A program made the translations under genes and the position numbers. The notes under the pieces were generated by a model, which was given only the letters and a program-made list of their open reading frames with translations, was not told where the DNA came from and did no database searches. 64,000 bases of DNA from Octopus vulgaris. Lineage: Eukaryota. Shown in pieces: positions 26,450 through 40,640 of this stretch. Each line of letters starts with the position of its first letter. Within the stretch, counting starts at the first letter, position 1. Location of the stretch: contig OX597817.1 of NCBI GenBank assembly GCA_951406725.2, forward strand, positions 45,508,001 to 45,572,000, in the 5' to 3' direction.

Positions 26450-27070
26450 ATTTCGTTTATCAGTTTGTTTTGCAAGATTTCTGATGCGAAATCGTGTGTT
26501 GAATCATTGTATATCAGGAGGGTTATTGTATTTGTTTATTTATTTATTACCAAATAATGCGTGTGTTTATTCAGCAAAATCGTAAATAAACAAGCACACA
26601 CATAAATAAATAAAATGACCATCCCGTAATACAACAATATATGAATTCTAAACCTGAATCTGAAAATGTCTCTCATCACTCGATTTTTTACGACACTGCG
26701 ATCTTCAGTTAAAGTTGTTACGATTCGGTATTTCTGATTTATATAAATCCGTTTACGTGTTTGGGTGGTCAAGTGCTCGTATGTTTTTCTGTAGATATTC
26801 CCCACCATCGCTTTTGCGATAATTTGTACATGGTGGGGGAGTTATTAATTTATCAAGTATGTTGTTGGATTTGAGGTATTTTTGTGTAATTGTTTTTGTT
26901 TGATTCGTTTCCAATTTTGTGTCTTTACCTAAATAATTTTAGTTTCTTTGAATGTCTAAATAGTGTTTTTGATGTTCATAATGTGTTTATTTGAAAAAAA
27001 GTTTATTCGAAAAATTAAGCGTGCTCTTTTAATCGATACTCAATGGAGTTTTATTTCCAGAAAAATCGAT
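26450..27070 (-). mobile_element. Decayed 3' end of a Penelope-like element (GIY-YIG C-terminal part plus pLTR)
   Basis: Frameshifted minus-strand translation NSIEYRLKEHA...KHIMNIKNTI.TFKETKII...SDGGEYL..KTYEHL, then a degenerate hammerhead CTGAAGA-TCGC...(GTAA)(AAAA)TCGA at 26680-26708. Confidence 0.55.
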
Positions 27071-27355
27071 ATGTGTTTGTTTGTGTGCGTGCGTGTATGT
27101 GTGTGTGTGTGTGTTCAAGTTTTTTATGCTTATATACATACCCATATGTATATACATATGCATGTATACATGTGAAATAGACCGACAAACACATCGATGT
27201 TTGCAAGCAGATATGCGCACAACACGTAAATCACGCACGTACACATACAAACACGTATACGTATATATACATACATACATACATTCATATATAGATATAT
27301 AGATAGATAGATAGATATACAGACGACAAATAGACATACAGACAGACAGATAGAG

Positions 27356-27416
<61 letters not shown>

Positions 27417-27691
27417 TGTATGCCTATATATAACTATCTTTTTATCATCTATCTACACCTGGCATATAATGAATTATGTATGTGTACATATTTGAGTTTA
27501 TTCCTTTGCTCAATGAGTACGCGTGGACAAATAACTCCTTATTACTACCCTATTAGCTGGATGATATTTAAGAAAATATGGTTTTGTTTTTATGCATGAA
27601 GAATTCTCAATGCCATCGAGCGCCGTTGATACAGTGAATATACCGTCTACTTTTGAATATTACGAAATTTTTCTTACTGGATTATATTTAG

Positions 27692-27780
27692 ATACAGTTC
27701 TATATTTACGAGATGAGGAATTATGTACATTATGTACATTATTTACATTTGGCGGATATTTGTCTTCATCTTATTTGTTG
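27692..27780 (-). mobile_element. Terminal fragment of the arm of family D
   Basis: Reverse complement matches CAAACAAGATGAGGACAAATATCC...AATTCCTCATC..TAAATATAGAACTGTAT, as at 29710-29760 and 49435-49513. Confidence 0.75.
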
Positions 27781-29319
27781 CTTATTTAAATATTCGAATT
27801 TGAGTCATTGTTGATTTGCTGGAGTTAAATTGTCAATAATTTCCTACATAGGCTAAAAACTAGAAAATCTTATAATCCATTTTGTAGTTAAATGAATGCA
27901 TGATGATGTTCAAAGCAACTTAGCCATATTCTGTCTATATATCTCCCACAAGTGTTATATTTTTAGAAACTACCTGACACATTTTACAGTATAATTCAAC
28001 AATTACACAACGAATTAAGGTCAGTTTAAGATATCAATACATTCACACTTCATATAATTTAGAGTAGAGTAGATTACCCCTATTTTCCTTACCTTGTTCT
28101 ATAAAAGATTGTTTTCGAATTCTATCTTCGCGGTATATATTTTGCCTTTCTTTGACAGCAAGTCAGAATTTTGAATATTGGTATTTCACAAGTATTTTCC
28201 CAACACATATGATTTCTATAGTATTTATTTACATAGATTGACATCCTTTTATAATTTCACCCATTTCCTTACACCCTAATCAGATAAAAAAAATCATGTT
28301 TATTATCAAATAAGATGTGTTTCGAATACGCAGTTCATATCGATGCTTTAGCTAATGTACGGGATCTATAAAATGCAGAAATAACCCACCCTTGGGTTGT
28401 TGGTTTACAAAGATTTACGTGATTTTTAGTCACATCTACATTTTGTATTTCGTATTTGGTCAGTGGTTTTTGTATGACACTACTAGACAATTTTTATGAA
28501 ATATTCTGTTGCCAAATTGATATTTCACAATAGGTTCATTGCCTTTTGCAACTAACAGCTTAATACATCAAAGTGTATAGTAATAATATTATCGTATAAT
28601 TCGTATGACAAAGCGTAGCAGCATATTCTACTGAATAGTTATCACTATATTCAGCCAATTATCACACAGAATACAATGCTACTGAATTCTTTTATTAGTA
28701 GACTAGAGCCAATGCGTGATGCATCTTAATATCAAGAAATAAGCTTTGTTATTGCTTTTCTAAAACATATCATTCGAGGCGTTTACTTTGTAAAATCAAA
28801 CTGAGATCTGTAGATAAGACTATCTTGGATATTCGAATAGCTTATCCTGCTAGCACTCGATGACTGATAGATTGCTAAAAAAAAGTGTAGATAAAACGGA
28901 GAAAATAAACGTTATATTATCTAACTTGAAAACCGCATAAAGTAGGTTCCCTGTAGTACAATAGGTAATATAATGCACTTGGATAACGATACGATACGTT
29001 ATTTGAGCCGCATCTAAAACTCTGTTGCTTGGATTGCATCTCATGTTATATGATATTCTCTTGCTGTTGTATATGTTTTTGTCTTTTAAAAACAAAATGA
29101 ATTTAAAGTCAAAGATATCTGCGTTGTTTTGTTACATTCGAAATGTTAGTTTATGAGCTAATCAAATTGTGTAAGAGAGTAACTTATAAATGCTACTCTA
29201 AATTACGATAAAATAAATAGCAAATTTATTTAATTTTGTGTGATGGCTAAAAGTGTGTGCATGTCTTTGTAAATTTATATATATGTGTGTGTGTGTGTTA
29301 AATAAAATTGTGTGGGTTA

Positions 29320-29322
29320 TTA

Positions 29323-29409
<87 letters not shown>

Positions 29410-29760
29410 TTGATGTCACTGCCTGGAATCAAACACGGAATCCTGGGGTAAGTAGTCCGCGCTCTTAACCACTACGCCATATACCCGTGGGCATATGGAA
29501 TAGTGGTGAATAATAATATGAAGAAGAAGAAGAAGAAGAAGAAGAAGAAGAAGAAGAAGAAGAAGAAGAAGAAGAAGAAGAAGAAGAAGAAGAAGAAGAA
29601 GAAGAAGAAGATCGAATAATACTCTAGGTATGAGAACCCAGGTTCGAAATTTCCCCAAGACACCTGATGAAGGCTGGAGGGTATATCAGACGAATAGTTG
29701 TGTTAACAAACAAGATGAGGACAAATATCCGTCAAATGTAAATAAGGTAAGTAATGTAGC
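29320..29760 (-). mobile_element. Family D: tRNA-like head (minus, 29415-29494) between trinucleotide tracts, plus an inverted arm with a hammerhead (plus, 29659-29704)
   Basis: A box TGGCGTAGTGG, B-box-like GTTTGATTCC; arm GACAC-CTGATGA-A-GGCTG..CAGAC-GAAT-AGTT-GTGTT; co-linear with the reverse complement of 48875-49360. Confidence 0.8.
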
Positions 29761-30138
29761 AATTCCACCTGTTTAATTGTTTTAGATGCCTAGTGACAAT
29801 TTCCGTCCCTCGTCTTTTACATATCACCCAAACTTACTATAGATAGTGCATATTTTCACCAATATATTTGATGAAATATTAAGATTATCACTGACTCCTA
29901 TTACGACTTGCTGCACTAGACTCATTGTTACTTGTTTTCCGCTTTCATTTAACTTCTTGACTGTTTGCAGTATTTTTTATATCGCATGTGTCTGGAATAT
30001 ATTAACTTGTCTCTCACCTCCTAATGTGCTGTTCTTTATTCACCGTCAATAACTTCTTTACGTTCTGTCACGGGATATCTGTGTTATGTATCTACAAGCA
30101 AGATCAAAAATATCTGAAATTCTTTGGTCTCTTTCAAC

Positions 30139-30576
30139 TGATAAACGTCAAAGATAAAAATTGCGCAGCAGTTTGAAAGAAACTTATTACTTGCAGTTGT
30201 TTTTCACCCATTTTTCTTTTTATCAGTTGAATTTCAACCTTGATATAATGAGAATATCTGACGATACCTACGCCCTTATTTCAACGTTGTTAGTGGTCTC
30301 CGGGTGAAAGGCTAGACAATATTTCACCCGCCCATGAGTTCTGATTTCAAATTCCGCTAAGGCCGACTTTGCCTTTCATCATTCGTGATCGATGAAAGAA
30401 GTACTAGTTGAGCAGTAGAGTGGAGTTAACTATTCCTGTTTAAGAATAGTTAGATATCCTCGTCAGATATCCTCATTATATCAAGGTTTAAATTTAACTG
30501 AAAAATGGGTGGAAAAACAACTGCAGGTAATACGTTTCTTTCAAACTGCTGCAATTTTTATTTTTGACGTTTATCA
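30139..30576. repeat. ~120-bp inverted repeat (30139-30264 / 30460-30576) enclosing a degenerate family B SINE
   Basis: TGATAAACGTCAAA...GCAGCAGTTTGAAAGAAAC...CTTGATATAATGAGAATATCTGACGA and its reverse complement; spacer has TTCAAATTCCGCTAAGGCCGACTTTGCCTTTCATC. Confidence 0.88.
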
Positions 30577-31613
30577 TCTGTTTAAGAATAAAACAATAAA
30601 ACTGCATCCCTCTGCCAAGCCATATGAAGCAGAGTGGCAGAGTAGTCTCATCAAGCCAGTATGATCTGAAGCTCTAATTCATGGCCTCCACATCAGACCG
30701 CGGTTGACAGAGGGAACATGTTGAGGACTTCGTCCGCTAGTGGCCTGAACATAGGCAATCGAAACCAATCCAATAATCTCATAACTTCTCACCTGTATGC
30801 ATTTGCTATTCTATTGAAATGAATTCATGATGGTTGTTTATTCTGCTACGTAGGGAGAACCTTACTCTAATGACTTTCTTTCAATCTTCAGGAGTTCGCA
30901 ACCTTCACCCCGTTCTCGTTTATTTTTCACTGTTGCCCATGATGAATTTAAAACCAAAGATATATGCATCTAATTTTGCATTGACATCCTCCGATCATAA
31001 AAATAATCCTTTAATCGAACGCATACAAGATAATTTCTTTTTTCTCTCTCTAACGTTTCATTAGTGGGCTAGTAGCACTTCAAGACACGTATATGCAGTT
31101 CATTCTTTGTTATATTAAGGTCTACTGTAACGACACTGTTCTATAAATTTCTCAGCTGTTTGCGTCTGAGTGTGACGGGGTCCTACTTCTATATGATCGG
31201 AATAAAAGTGTCTCTCTCTCTCAATTGCCATAATTTTACTTCAAAATCAGCTCTAAATGTAACTGATCTTTTGGGAATTAAGTATTGTTCGATTGTCATA
31301 TGCTGGCTAAGAAAAAGGAAAGTGTGTGGTTTTCCGGTCTCATTGTGTCTCGCCTCACAACATCATTCTTTTTCTTTTCATACAGAAGCATTATTCAGGA
31401 GAGGAATATGTTGATATACCAATGGTTATTATTTCTGTGATGATTTGTTATTTTACATAGGTGACAGTGCAAACAATATATCAAATTTTCCTTTTCATTC
31501 TAGGCTTGGAATAAACAATGAACAAGCCTCAAGTACGTGCGTGTGTATAAGTGTGTAAATACCATTTTGTCTCTATATGTACTTATATACATATACGTTT
31601 ATACATGTGTATG

Positions 31614-31715
<102 letters not shown>

Positions 31716-31736
31716 GTAAATATATATATATGTATA

Positions 31737-31773
<37 letters not shown>

Positions 31774-31853
31774 ATATATATATATATGTGTGTGTGTGCA
31801 AATATATATATATATATGTATATATATGTGTATATATATATGTATATATATGC

Positions 31854-31885
<32 letters not shown>

Positions 31886-31915
31886 ATATATTTATATGTA
31901 TATATATGATGTATA

Positions 31916-31946
<31 letters not shown>

Positions 31947-32458
31947 ATGTGTCTGTGAGTGTGTGTGTACACATACACACACACGCATACATGTAGAGGG
32001 AGGGAGAGCGAGAAATACATACATAAGTATCTAGTGACGTAGGTACACACATACGGACACACTCGTATTTACACATGCATACAAACCCATTTATTTTGTT
32101 TGTGTATGCGTGTGTGTTTGTATATGTGTATGCGTGCGCTTGCGTGTTGTACTACCGTGGGATTACAACATTTACGTTAGAGTAAACGCAGTGGCCAAAG
32201 AAATATATGTTTCGAGAATACAGACGCACATATTTTAGGCTATTTTAGGTTGCTGAATCATGTGACACAAATGTAGCGGAGAATATTTTATAAATTGGCT
32301 AGTTTTACGCATCGTGAATTTGTTCCAATCCCAGCGTAGCATTTTCCGAACATAATTCAACCCATTTATCGGAATATCTTCTAACGAGGCAGAAAACAGG
32401 GTCGAGGATATATATTTATTGGAATAAATCGAGTGAGAAATATGCATTCTTATAGGCT

Positions 32459-32667
32459 GGAACCTCATGGTTCCGGGTTCAGTCCCACTGCGTAGCGCAT
32501 TGGCCTAATGTCTCCTGGTATTATAACCTCGTGCCGACCAAAGCTTTGTGAGTTGATTTCGTAGATGGAGATTGGAAGAAGCCCGTTGTGTCTGAGTATA
32601 TATATTCACACACTCACATATATATACTCATATACACATACACACATACACACACACATGTATATAT

Positions 32668-32733
<66 letters not shown>

Positions 32734-32913
32734 TATTACATTATATAAAAGGGCTTAGTAAAATAAATTACTTTGCCGCATACTGATATATATATATATA
32801 TATATAATAACAAAGGGTAAAATTAATTAATTAAGAAGTAATCAATAATTTCACCTAGAATTCGGTATGAAAACAGGACCGTTTTTCGGTAAACTTATGT
32901 AGTACTAATATTA

Positions 32914-32990
<77 letters not shown>

Positions 32991-33105
32991 ATCATATATT
33001 TCTGTGTGTGTGTTTGCATGTATCCGCCCGCCAACGCTTGACAACCGATGCTGGTGTGTTAATGTCACCATAACTTAGCGGTGCGGCCAAAGAGACCGAT
33101 AGGCT
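32459..33105 (+). mobile_element. SINE family A whose internal microsatellite is expanded and carries two foreign cassettes
   Basis: 5' half 32459-32588, 3' half 33001-33105; non-microsatellite inserts at about 32730-32787 and 32806-32915. Confidence 0.75.
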
Positions 33106-33479
33106 TATGTGTGCGTGTGTATGTGAGCGTGTGTATGAGTGTGTGTGTGTGTGTGACTTGCGATTGTATCGCTGACAAATGTTGTTCTCCATCTCTCTGT
33201 CTCTGTTTTCAATGTGTGTTTCGGGAGTGGGCTCGTACATGACTTAATGCAATATATCTGTACAGGTTCCGCACGCACGCTCGCTCCGACGCACCTGCAA
33301 ACGCTCGTCGCGAAAATCTACAAGCAAAACAACGATCTTTTATTTACAAAAGATTTTCAATAATTTTCAACTAATCATTCATTTTAAATTCTGCAATCTC
33401 AGTTACTTAAAACAACTCTTCGGCTGCTGTTATTACGCTTTAGCATAGTAAAGCAGACTGTCACTAAAGCAGTGTATTG

Positions 33480-33985
<506 letters not shown>

Positions 33986-33994
33986 TATATAAAT

Positions 33995-34503
33995 TATATA
34001 TAAAAATACAAATTGGGACGAGAACGCAAAACACACAAAGAGACGACACAAAAAACGGACGCGTCATTCGAAGCCTCTAATCTTCAGTCAGGAACCGGAT
34101 CATCCTAGCAATTTCGGCTGAGTAATCCTGATATCGCTCCGATCCGGCCAGCCCCAAGGAAAAACTAAGCTGCGAGCATTAGATTTCTTGGAAAAAGGAT
34201 CGAATGTATACGAAACAAGGACAGAAAAACGGACGATGCCACACGAATATAAATACAAAAAACAAAAATAAAATACAGGAATAGTAATAATAGGGCAAAA
34301 ACACAGGGTGTCTTACGACTTTAGACAGTTTGACTTATCTTAGCTGGCGTATTTTGAAATAAATACCTTTGCGGCAGGCGAAGAAAACGGTGTTGTCGCG
34401 GCGGCGGTCAAAGGCCGAAAGGTTAGTTAACCAGCGGTCACTTAAGAGGAGAGAAGAGGAGAGAGAAAACCAGGGGGCAAAGGAATTAAAGAGAGAGATA
34501 AAA

Positions 34504-34505
<2 letters not shown>
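33995..34505. other. Unclassified ~500-bp GC-richer cassette between (TA)n tracts, probably a mobile element remnant
   Basis: Sharp boundaries with (TA)n on both sides; contains CTGAAGA and CCGAAA on the minus strand but not in a canonical hammerhead arrangement. Confidence 0.4.
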
Positions 34506-34575
<70 letters not shown>

Positions 34576-35586
34576 GCGGACTGTACCTATACTAACGAGT
34601 AAAACCACTTGGCATGGATTGACATTTAACGTCCTGGCCCACTTCCGCTGTTTATAGAAGCACTTGGAAGCAAAGTGGCTCATAACACAGCTATTAGACA
34701 GAACCATGAGGCTAAATCGATCCTAAATTGTGATGCAACTTTCATCTTCCACGTTCAGATAAAATGCCAATTTATAGGCACACACAAAAAGCCCTGCAAA
34801 GTGGTGTATGTACAAGCACTGAACCAAATGAACTAGTCCTACGCAAAAAAAGATGAAGTTCAGGAAAGTCGGTGACTAGCAAAGTAAACTGGAAATTATC
34901 CGTTAGAAATGAAGTCGAAGAACGAATGCTTGTCTATCCGAACAAATATTATGGGTTCTTAGCCTTTTGTAGCTTAACTAATGCTGATGTTTGGAGGTAT
35001 GCTATGAGGTGATTATATACTTGTACTGTGTTATCTAGTGAGAGCAAACAAGAGATATCTTCAGTCAAGTCAGATATTAGAAGTCAATTCCAATTTGTAC
35101 CGTACGCATAGACAAAGAGAGCTAAACTGGACAGGCTAAGTTGCATGATAGAATATAAGACAACGATAGGAAGAAAGGCAGACAAGTAGGAAAGGCATGG
35201 CAAGGAAAATTAATTTAATCTGATTCAATCTAATTTATCTACAAAACGAATGGTAATATATAGTCGAAAATTGTAAAATTTAGTTGTTTCTGTGATATTT
35301 TGCTCGATACGATGCTGCAATAGCTGGGATATAACAGAAACGGCGACGATACACTATATTTTCTACCATTTTAAAATTATTATTTATTGTTTATTATGTA
35401 GGTAAATTAGAATGAATTAAATTAAATGTCCTACTTGAATCCGAATTAAAGGGAAGCCAACTTTAGCCGTTTTGAACATGACAACCACATAACCACAACT
35501 TCAACTGGTGTTCAAACTGGAATTTTGGAGGCGGACCTATTTGGGCACTCAGAACGCATACCTTGATTAAAACTCATCATTCCCTT

Positions 35587-35656
<70 letters not shown>

Positions 35657-35748
35657 TACATATAAATATATATATATACACATACATAGATATGTATACA
35701 CACTCACACACACACACCCATATATATGTAAAGAATATCTTTATACAT

Positions 35749-35766
35749 ATCTATCTATCTATCAAA

Positions 35767-35817
<51 letters not shown>

Positions 35818-35848
35818 GATAGATAGATAGATAGATAGATAGATATAT

Positions 35849-35931
<83 letters not shown>
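35749..35931. repeat. Back-to-back (TATC)n/(GATA)n self-complementary microsatellite
   Basis: Orientation switches at TCTAGA, about 35814-35819. Confidence 0.95.
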
Positions 35932-37113
35932 TTGAGATCTAGGCTGTGGTAAATTTTCACTCAGAAATTTCCAGGTCTTCAATTAAAACATTCATTTCTT
36001 TTTGTTCTCTCTGTATACGCCCTTCTTCCAGAATCGTATTCCAGATTTATAACATAGAAAGGAGAAAGATAATTCAAAAGTTTTAACATTATTGTCAGTT
36101 AATGTGAATTTCCCTGCCTACTAAATTAAGAAGAAGAAATGCCCCCCGCATCACATTATTAATATATCAAGATTAACCTGTCTGCTAGCTTATAGAGCGT
36201 AAATTCCACATATATACAAAATCTGTGCAGTAGAATCTGCTGAGTGGCGACATAAACGAAGGACGGTAAAACCATATTTAAACTTCTGTCTGTTAGCAGA
36301 TCCTTTCCTAAAATGATGCATAAAATGTTCAAGTGTGCTATATATTTACCAGAGAAGTAATGCTTTCAATGAGTAGCAATCAAGTGATACCACTTAAGGA
36401 ATCACGTCTTGTATTGAATTGTATTTCCTCTCCGTATTCTGAATCGAGAACTTGGTAATAAACCACTTTTATTCACTTTCATTATAAATTAATGCCTTTC
36501 CATGAAATTCCATACATATAGCTCCCCTCAGCTAAATAGAAATAGTCTAGGAATTTTTCTTTAATTATTCGTTCTTACAAAACTCATGTAAAGTTTTTCG
36601 ATTTTTCTCACTATGACATCGAATTCTTTCCTTTCACTCTCTTTTTTACTTCCTCAACACAGCTCTTGCGTTCTCTATTTAATTTCTACCTACGTCTCTA
36701 CCTAACTACTTACCTGCGTCTTCGTACGTTAAACTGTCTTGGAGGAATAATTCAGGTCATTCGATGAAGACAACGGTTAAACTGTCTGGTATAAGCCATT
36801 GCAAATTTAGATGCAATTAAATATCTAATTAAAGCAAATGTTCATGTAGCAAGAAAGAATGTGGTTGAATGATCTCATTGCGGCAAATGTTCGGGTGAAA
36901 AGTTATTATTGCGTTATCTGAATTTCAGTGTAATTAGCTTTTTACGTTTCTTGAATTTAAGGATCCTCTACGGTGTTTTCAATATTGAAGGTTATTTATA
37001 TCATACATATTATGCTGCGATTTCGTATTCTGTACTGACATGTATAATGCATATCAACAGGATGTCGAACTCAATCCATTGCCACAAGCACATGATTGTA
37101 TTTGATATATATA

Positions 37114-37278
37114 GGCGTAGGAGTGGCTGTGTGGTAAGTAGCTTGCTTACCAACCACATGGTTCCGGGTTCAGTCCCACTGCGTAGCACCTTGGAAAAGT
37201 GTCTTCTACTATAGCCTCGGACCGACCAAAGCCTTGTGAGTGGATTTGGTTGACGGAAACTAAATTAAGCCCGTCATA

Positions 37279-37361
<83 letters not shown>

Positions 37362-37580
37362 GTGTGTATATGTTTGTGTGTCTGTGTTTGGTCCCCGCCC
37401 AACATCACTTGACAACCGATGCTGGTGTGTTTACGTCCCTGTAACTTAGCTGTTCGACAAAAGAAACCGATAGAATAAGTACTAGACTTTCAAAGAATAA
37501 GTCCTGGGGTCGATTTGCATGACTAAAGGCGGTACTCCAGCATAGCCACAGTCAAATGACTGAAACAAGTAAAAGAGTAA
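37114..37580 (+). mobile_element. SINE family A, full length
   Basis: GGCGTAGGAGTGGCTGTGTGGTAAG...GAAACAAGTAAAAGAGTAA. Confidence 0.93.
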
Positions 37581-39523
37581 TATATATATATATATATATA
37601 CCAATAATTTAGCAATAAATACAGGCGCTTGCTAAACAGCCAAGAATTTAGTATCATAACACCGACGCGACAATTTACCATGATGAAAACAACTCTCTTT
37701 GAGAAGAGACTATTTATTGTTGTTTGTCTGCTTCCTTTCTTTATAGTGGACAATTTACTTGTGCTACAATGTATAGTTTCCTGTTACTTGTCATAAAGGA
37801 CAAAATGGTTTTCAGCAATGACGAACAATGTGTTAACATCTGCTTCGGTTTCGAGCACGAAGATGAGACAAGGTGACATTCCATTTGAAGCATCAAAAAC
37901 TTCTCTTAAAGCTCATACCAAGATGTTTGCATAGCTGCGTGTCATAAGAACGGGCAGTACCACTGACCAGATTTTCCTGTCATTCTTTGTAACATATCAT
38001 GGGCAGTTTCGAAAGGTAGAAGACAGGAGATCTGTTAGGGGTAATAAGCGCTAAGGATTTCTGAACACAGTTGGCTATTTCAGAACTCTAAACTCAGATT
38101 AAGAAAACAGTATCGAACTGTAACACTCGAGGCAGTAAGGGCTACTACTACTAATATCTTTCTCTCCCGATGAACTTGAAAAAGAGGCCCATGGAGGCAG
38201 AAGAACCACCTGCAACAATGTAATGATCGCAAGTACTGAAGGTTGATGCCTCAACAGCACTGATAATTTAACTACGGGATGTAGTTTAGAGTTTGGTTGA
38301 AAAATATACTTTGCACTTAAAATCAAAAGCCAACGTATTGGGAATTTCTTCATGGCAAGTATGTAGATATGGTGAACGATATCATGTATAAAAATGTTGA
38401 GTTTACTACTGAAAGCAGAAAAGAACAATGACAACCAAGGATTAACGCATAATCCAAGTGAACACAAACAGAACATAGAGGAGAGTTTGCTGCCTGAAAA
38501 TAGGTTTTACGTTTGGAATAAATTCCACTTCTTTAGTTATGATAATTGTACAGAAAGCCAAAGCTATGGATCTGTAACTTCTTTCCCAGCGGATAAAGAA
38601 TTCCTTCATTAAAATTCCAATAACATCATGTACAGCACCTGCTGAAATGGTGGTTCTTATACTCAATGAAGTCACAGAAATGTGTATGGAATTAGACAAT
38701 TATGAAAAACTTTGGCTTTTTGTGCAAATTGCATAAGGGAAAATAAGCCCCGGAAGAATTCAAGAGACGTTCCAGATACAGCACATTAATGAAAGCATCA
38801 GTATTTATAGTGCCATTGCTTGACCTTCATATTCTTGTTCTGATGGGAAGTTACACCTGAAGCAAGCACATTCTAGCAGACTTGAAGCGGTTATAAACCC
38901 AGCGTAAGAGAGAAGAATAGAAGGTTTACATGATTGCGTCCTTGCTACACATTGTTGTTGATATACAAAAATATATCACATCAAACACTAGAAATCAAGT
39001 GTAGTAGAGGAAATTATATGAGATTCGTATTAGGAGAATGCACCGAAGTAACTTGAAGAGTGGTAAATTAATTACAAACACTTATGTCATATGAGATAAA
39101 AAAAAAATCAGAGATAAAAGTATTAAACGAAGCACAGACGTAAAAAGATATTAATGACGAAGTCAAAATACAAAGCAAATACTTGAAAGGCAAGTTTAGA
39201 GTGGATTATTACAGACGCATTAGATTAATAATATACTAAGAGTATCAATGCTTTAGCGTTGCAAGTAATATGTTATAGTTATGTTATATTTCACTGGAAG
39301 TGAGGTGAATTGTCCAGGATAGACAGGGGAAATTATATAAGGGCTACATTACGAATACATCACAAATTATTTGTCACAGATGTCATGTTTGTAACAAATA
39401 TACCGTGGTATTGTGCGACTAGAACTCTAATATGCAAAGCCCAATCCGAAATTATTGCAAATAACTACTTGTCTTCAAGAAATCTAAAAAGAAAGCAGTT
39501 TTCATTCTTCAAGGCTCTGCTAA

Positions 39524-39915
39524 TCTCTCTATATATAAAGCTGAAGTTGTCTGTGTGTGGCAGGTTTTGTATCTTTCAACTAACACTATCTCCTCCGAGA
39601 CCCTGAGACGCAAGTTGACCAAAACTGAGAGTATGATAGAAGAAGGCTTGCCCTTCCTTCCGTAGAAGAAAAAAATTGAAATCAGACCATGTTAACACCA
39701 AAAATCATTTACATCAAAAAGGTGCGTTTTTTCTATGAAAGTCCCCACTTTTACGATTTTTTCACTGCTGTGTCGTCATTTTTCGGTGCATTTAAACCAG
39801 AAAAAATTTCACTTAAAGACAATAACAAGTTACAAAATGCAAAATTTTTACTTTTCAAAAATTCCAATTCTAAAGGGTCGAAACAAACTCGAGCAACGTC
39901 GGGCGGTACTGCTAG
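39524..39915 (+). mobile_element. Non-autonomous Helitron
   Basis: A^TCTCTCTATATATAAAG 5' end; 3' CTCGAGCAACGTCGGGCGGTACTGCTAG^T. Confidence 0.85.
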
Positions 39916-40380
39916 TGTTCTATGTAACAGAAGTTGGAGGAGATTGTTGTAGGACGGGTGAAGCAAATGTAATCGTTGAAGAAATATGATACGCATTACT
40001 AAATACATGTTGATACAATGCTAGACTAAAGGTCATGACAAGAAGAGGCTCGCCAAGACGGTGGGATTGTAGTGTTAAACGATTGTAAGTACTGAGTGAG
40101 AGGTGGAGACCTAACATTTTCTATTGCAGCAGTTGATTTAATATTTGCTGTCGTAGATAACCAAAAGCAGACAAGGAAGCATAGCAGTGTTTCACACGTT
40201 ACATTGATTGTAGCACCGACAGTAAGTACAGTAACAGATGTATATGTATTGGAGATTACTTATAATAGAATCTATGCTGTCATATTGTCGCCATGTTAGA
40301 ATGCTGCATGCTAACACGACCTTACTATTGAAACAACAACCCATATATACATGTATATATATATATATACATACATACAT

Positions 40381-40640
40381 TTGGCGATTTTTTTCCTCTG
40401 TCTTTCCTTCTCTGGATCTTTCCTTCTCCTATGTTTCCGACATATCGCGTGTGTATCGTTGGCGATTTTCTTTCTACGTCTTCCTTTCCTTGGACCTTTC
40501 TATTTTCTATGTTTCTGACGAAGAGCTCCGCTCGAAACGTCAAGCCCTCATTCTTTCCTTCTTTCCTGAGCGTCCAATAATACTATATTTGTTCCACGTC
40601 CTCGCGTTGTTGTGTTTTTTTTGTGTTTTCTTGTTTGAAT

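Noticed and set aside
34055-34135. Hammerhead on the minus strand (CCGAAA...CTGAAGA...GGCT)
   Set aside because: Stem II does not follow the core directly and stems I and III cannot be formed convincingly.
38099-38700. Overlapping ORFs of 72-125 aa, possible pogo/DDE transposase
   Set aside because: Motif resemblance is too weak and no TIRs were found.
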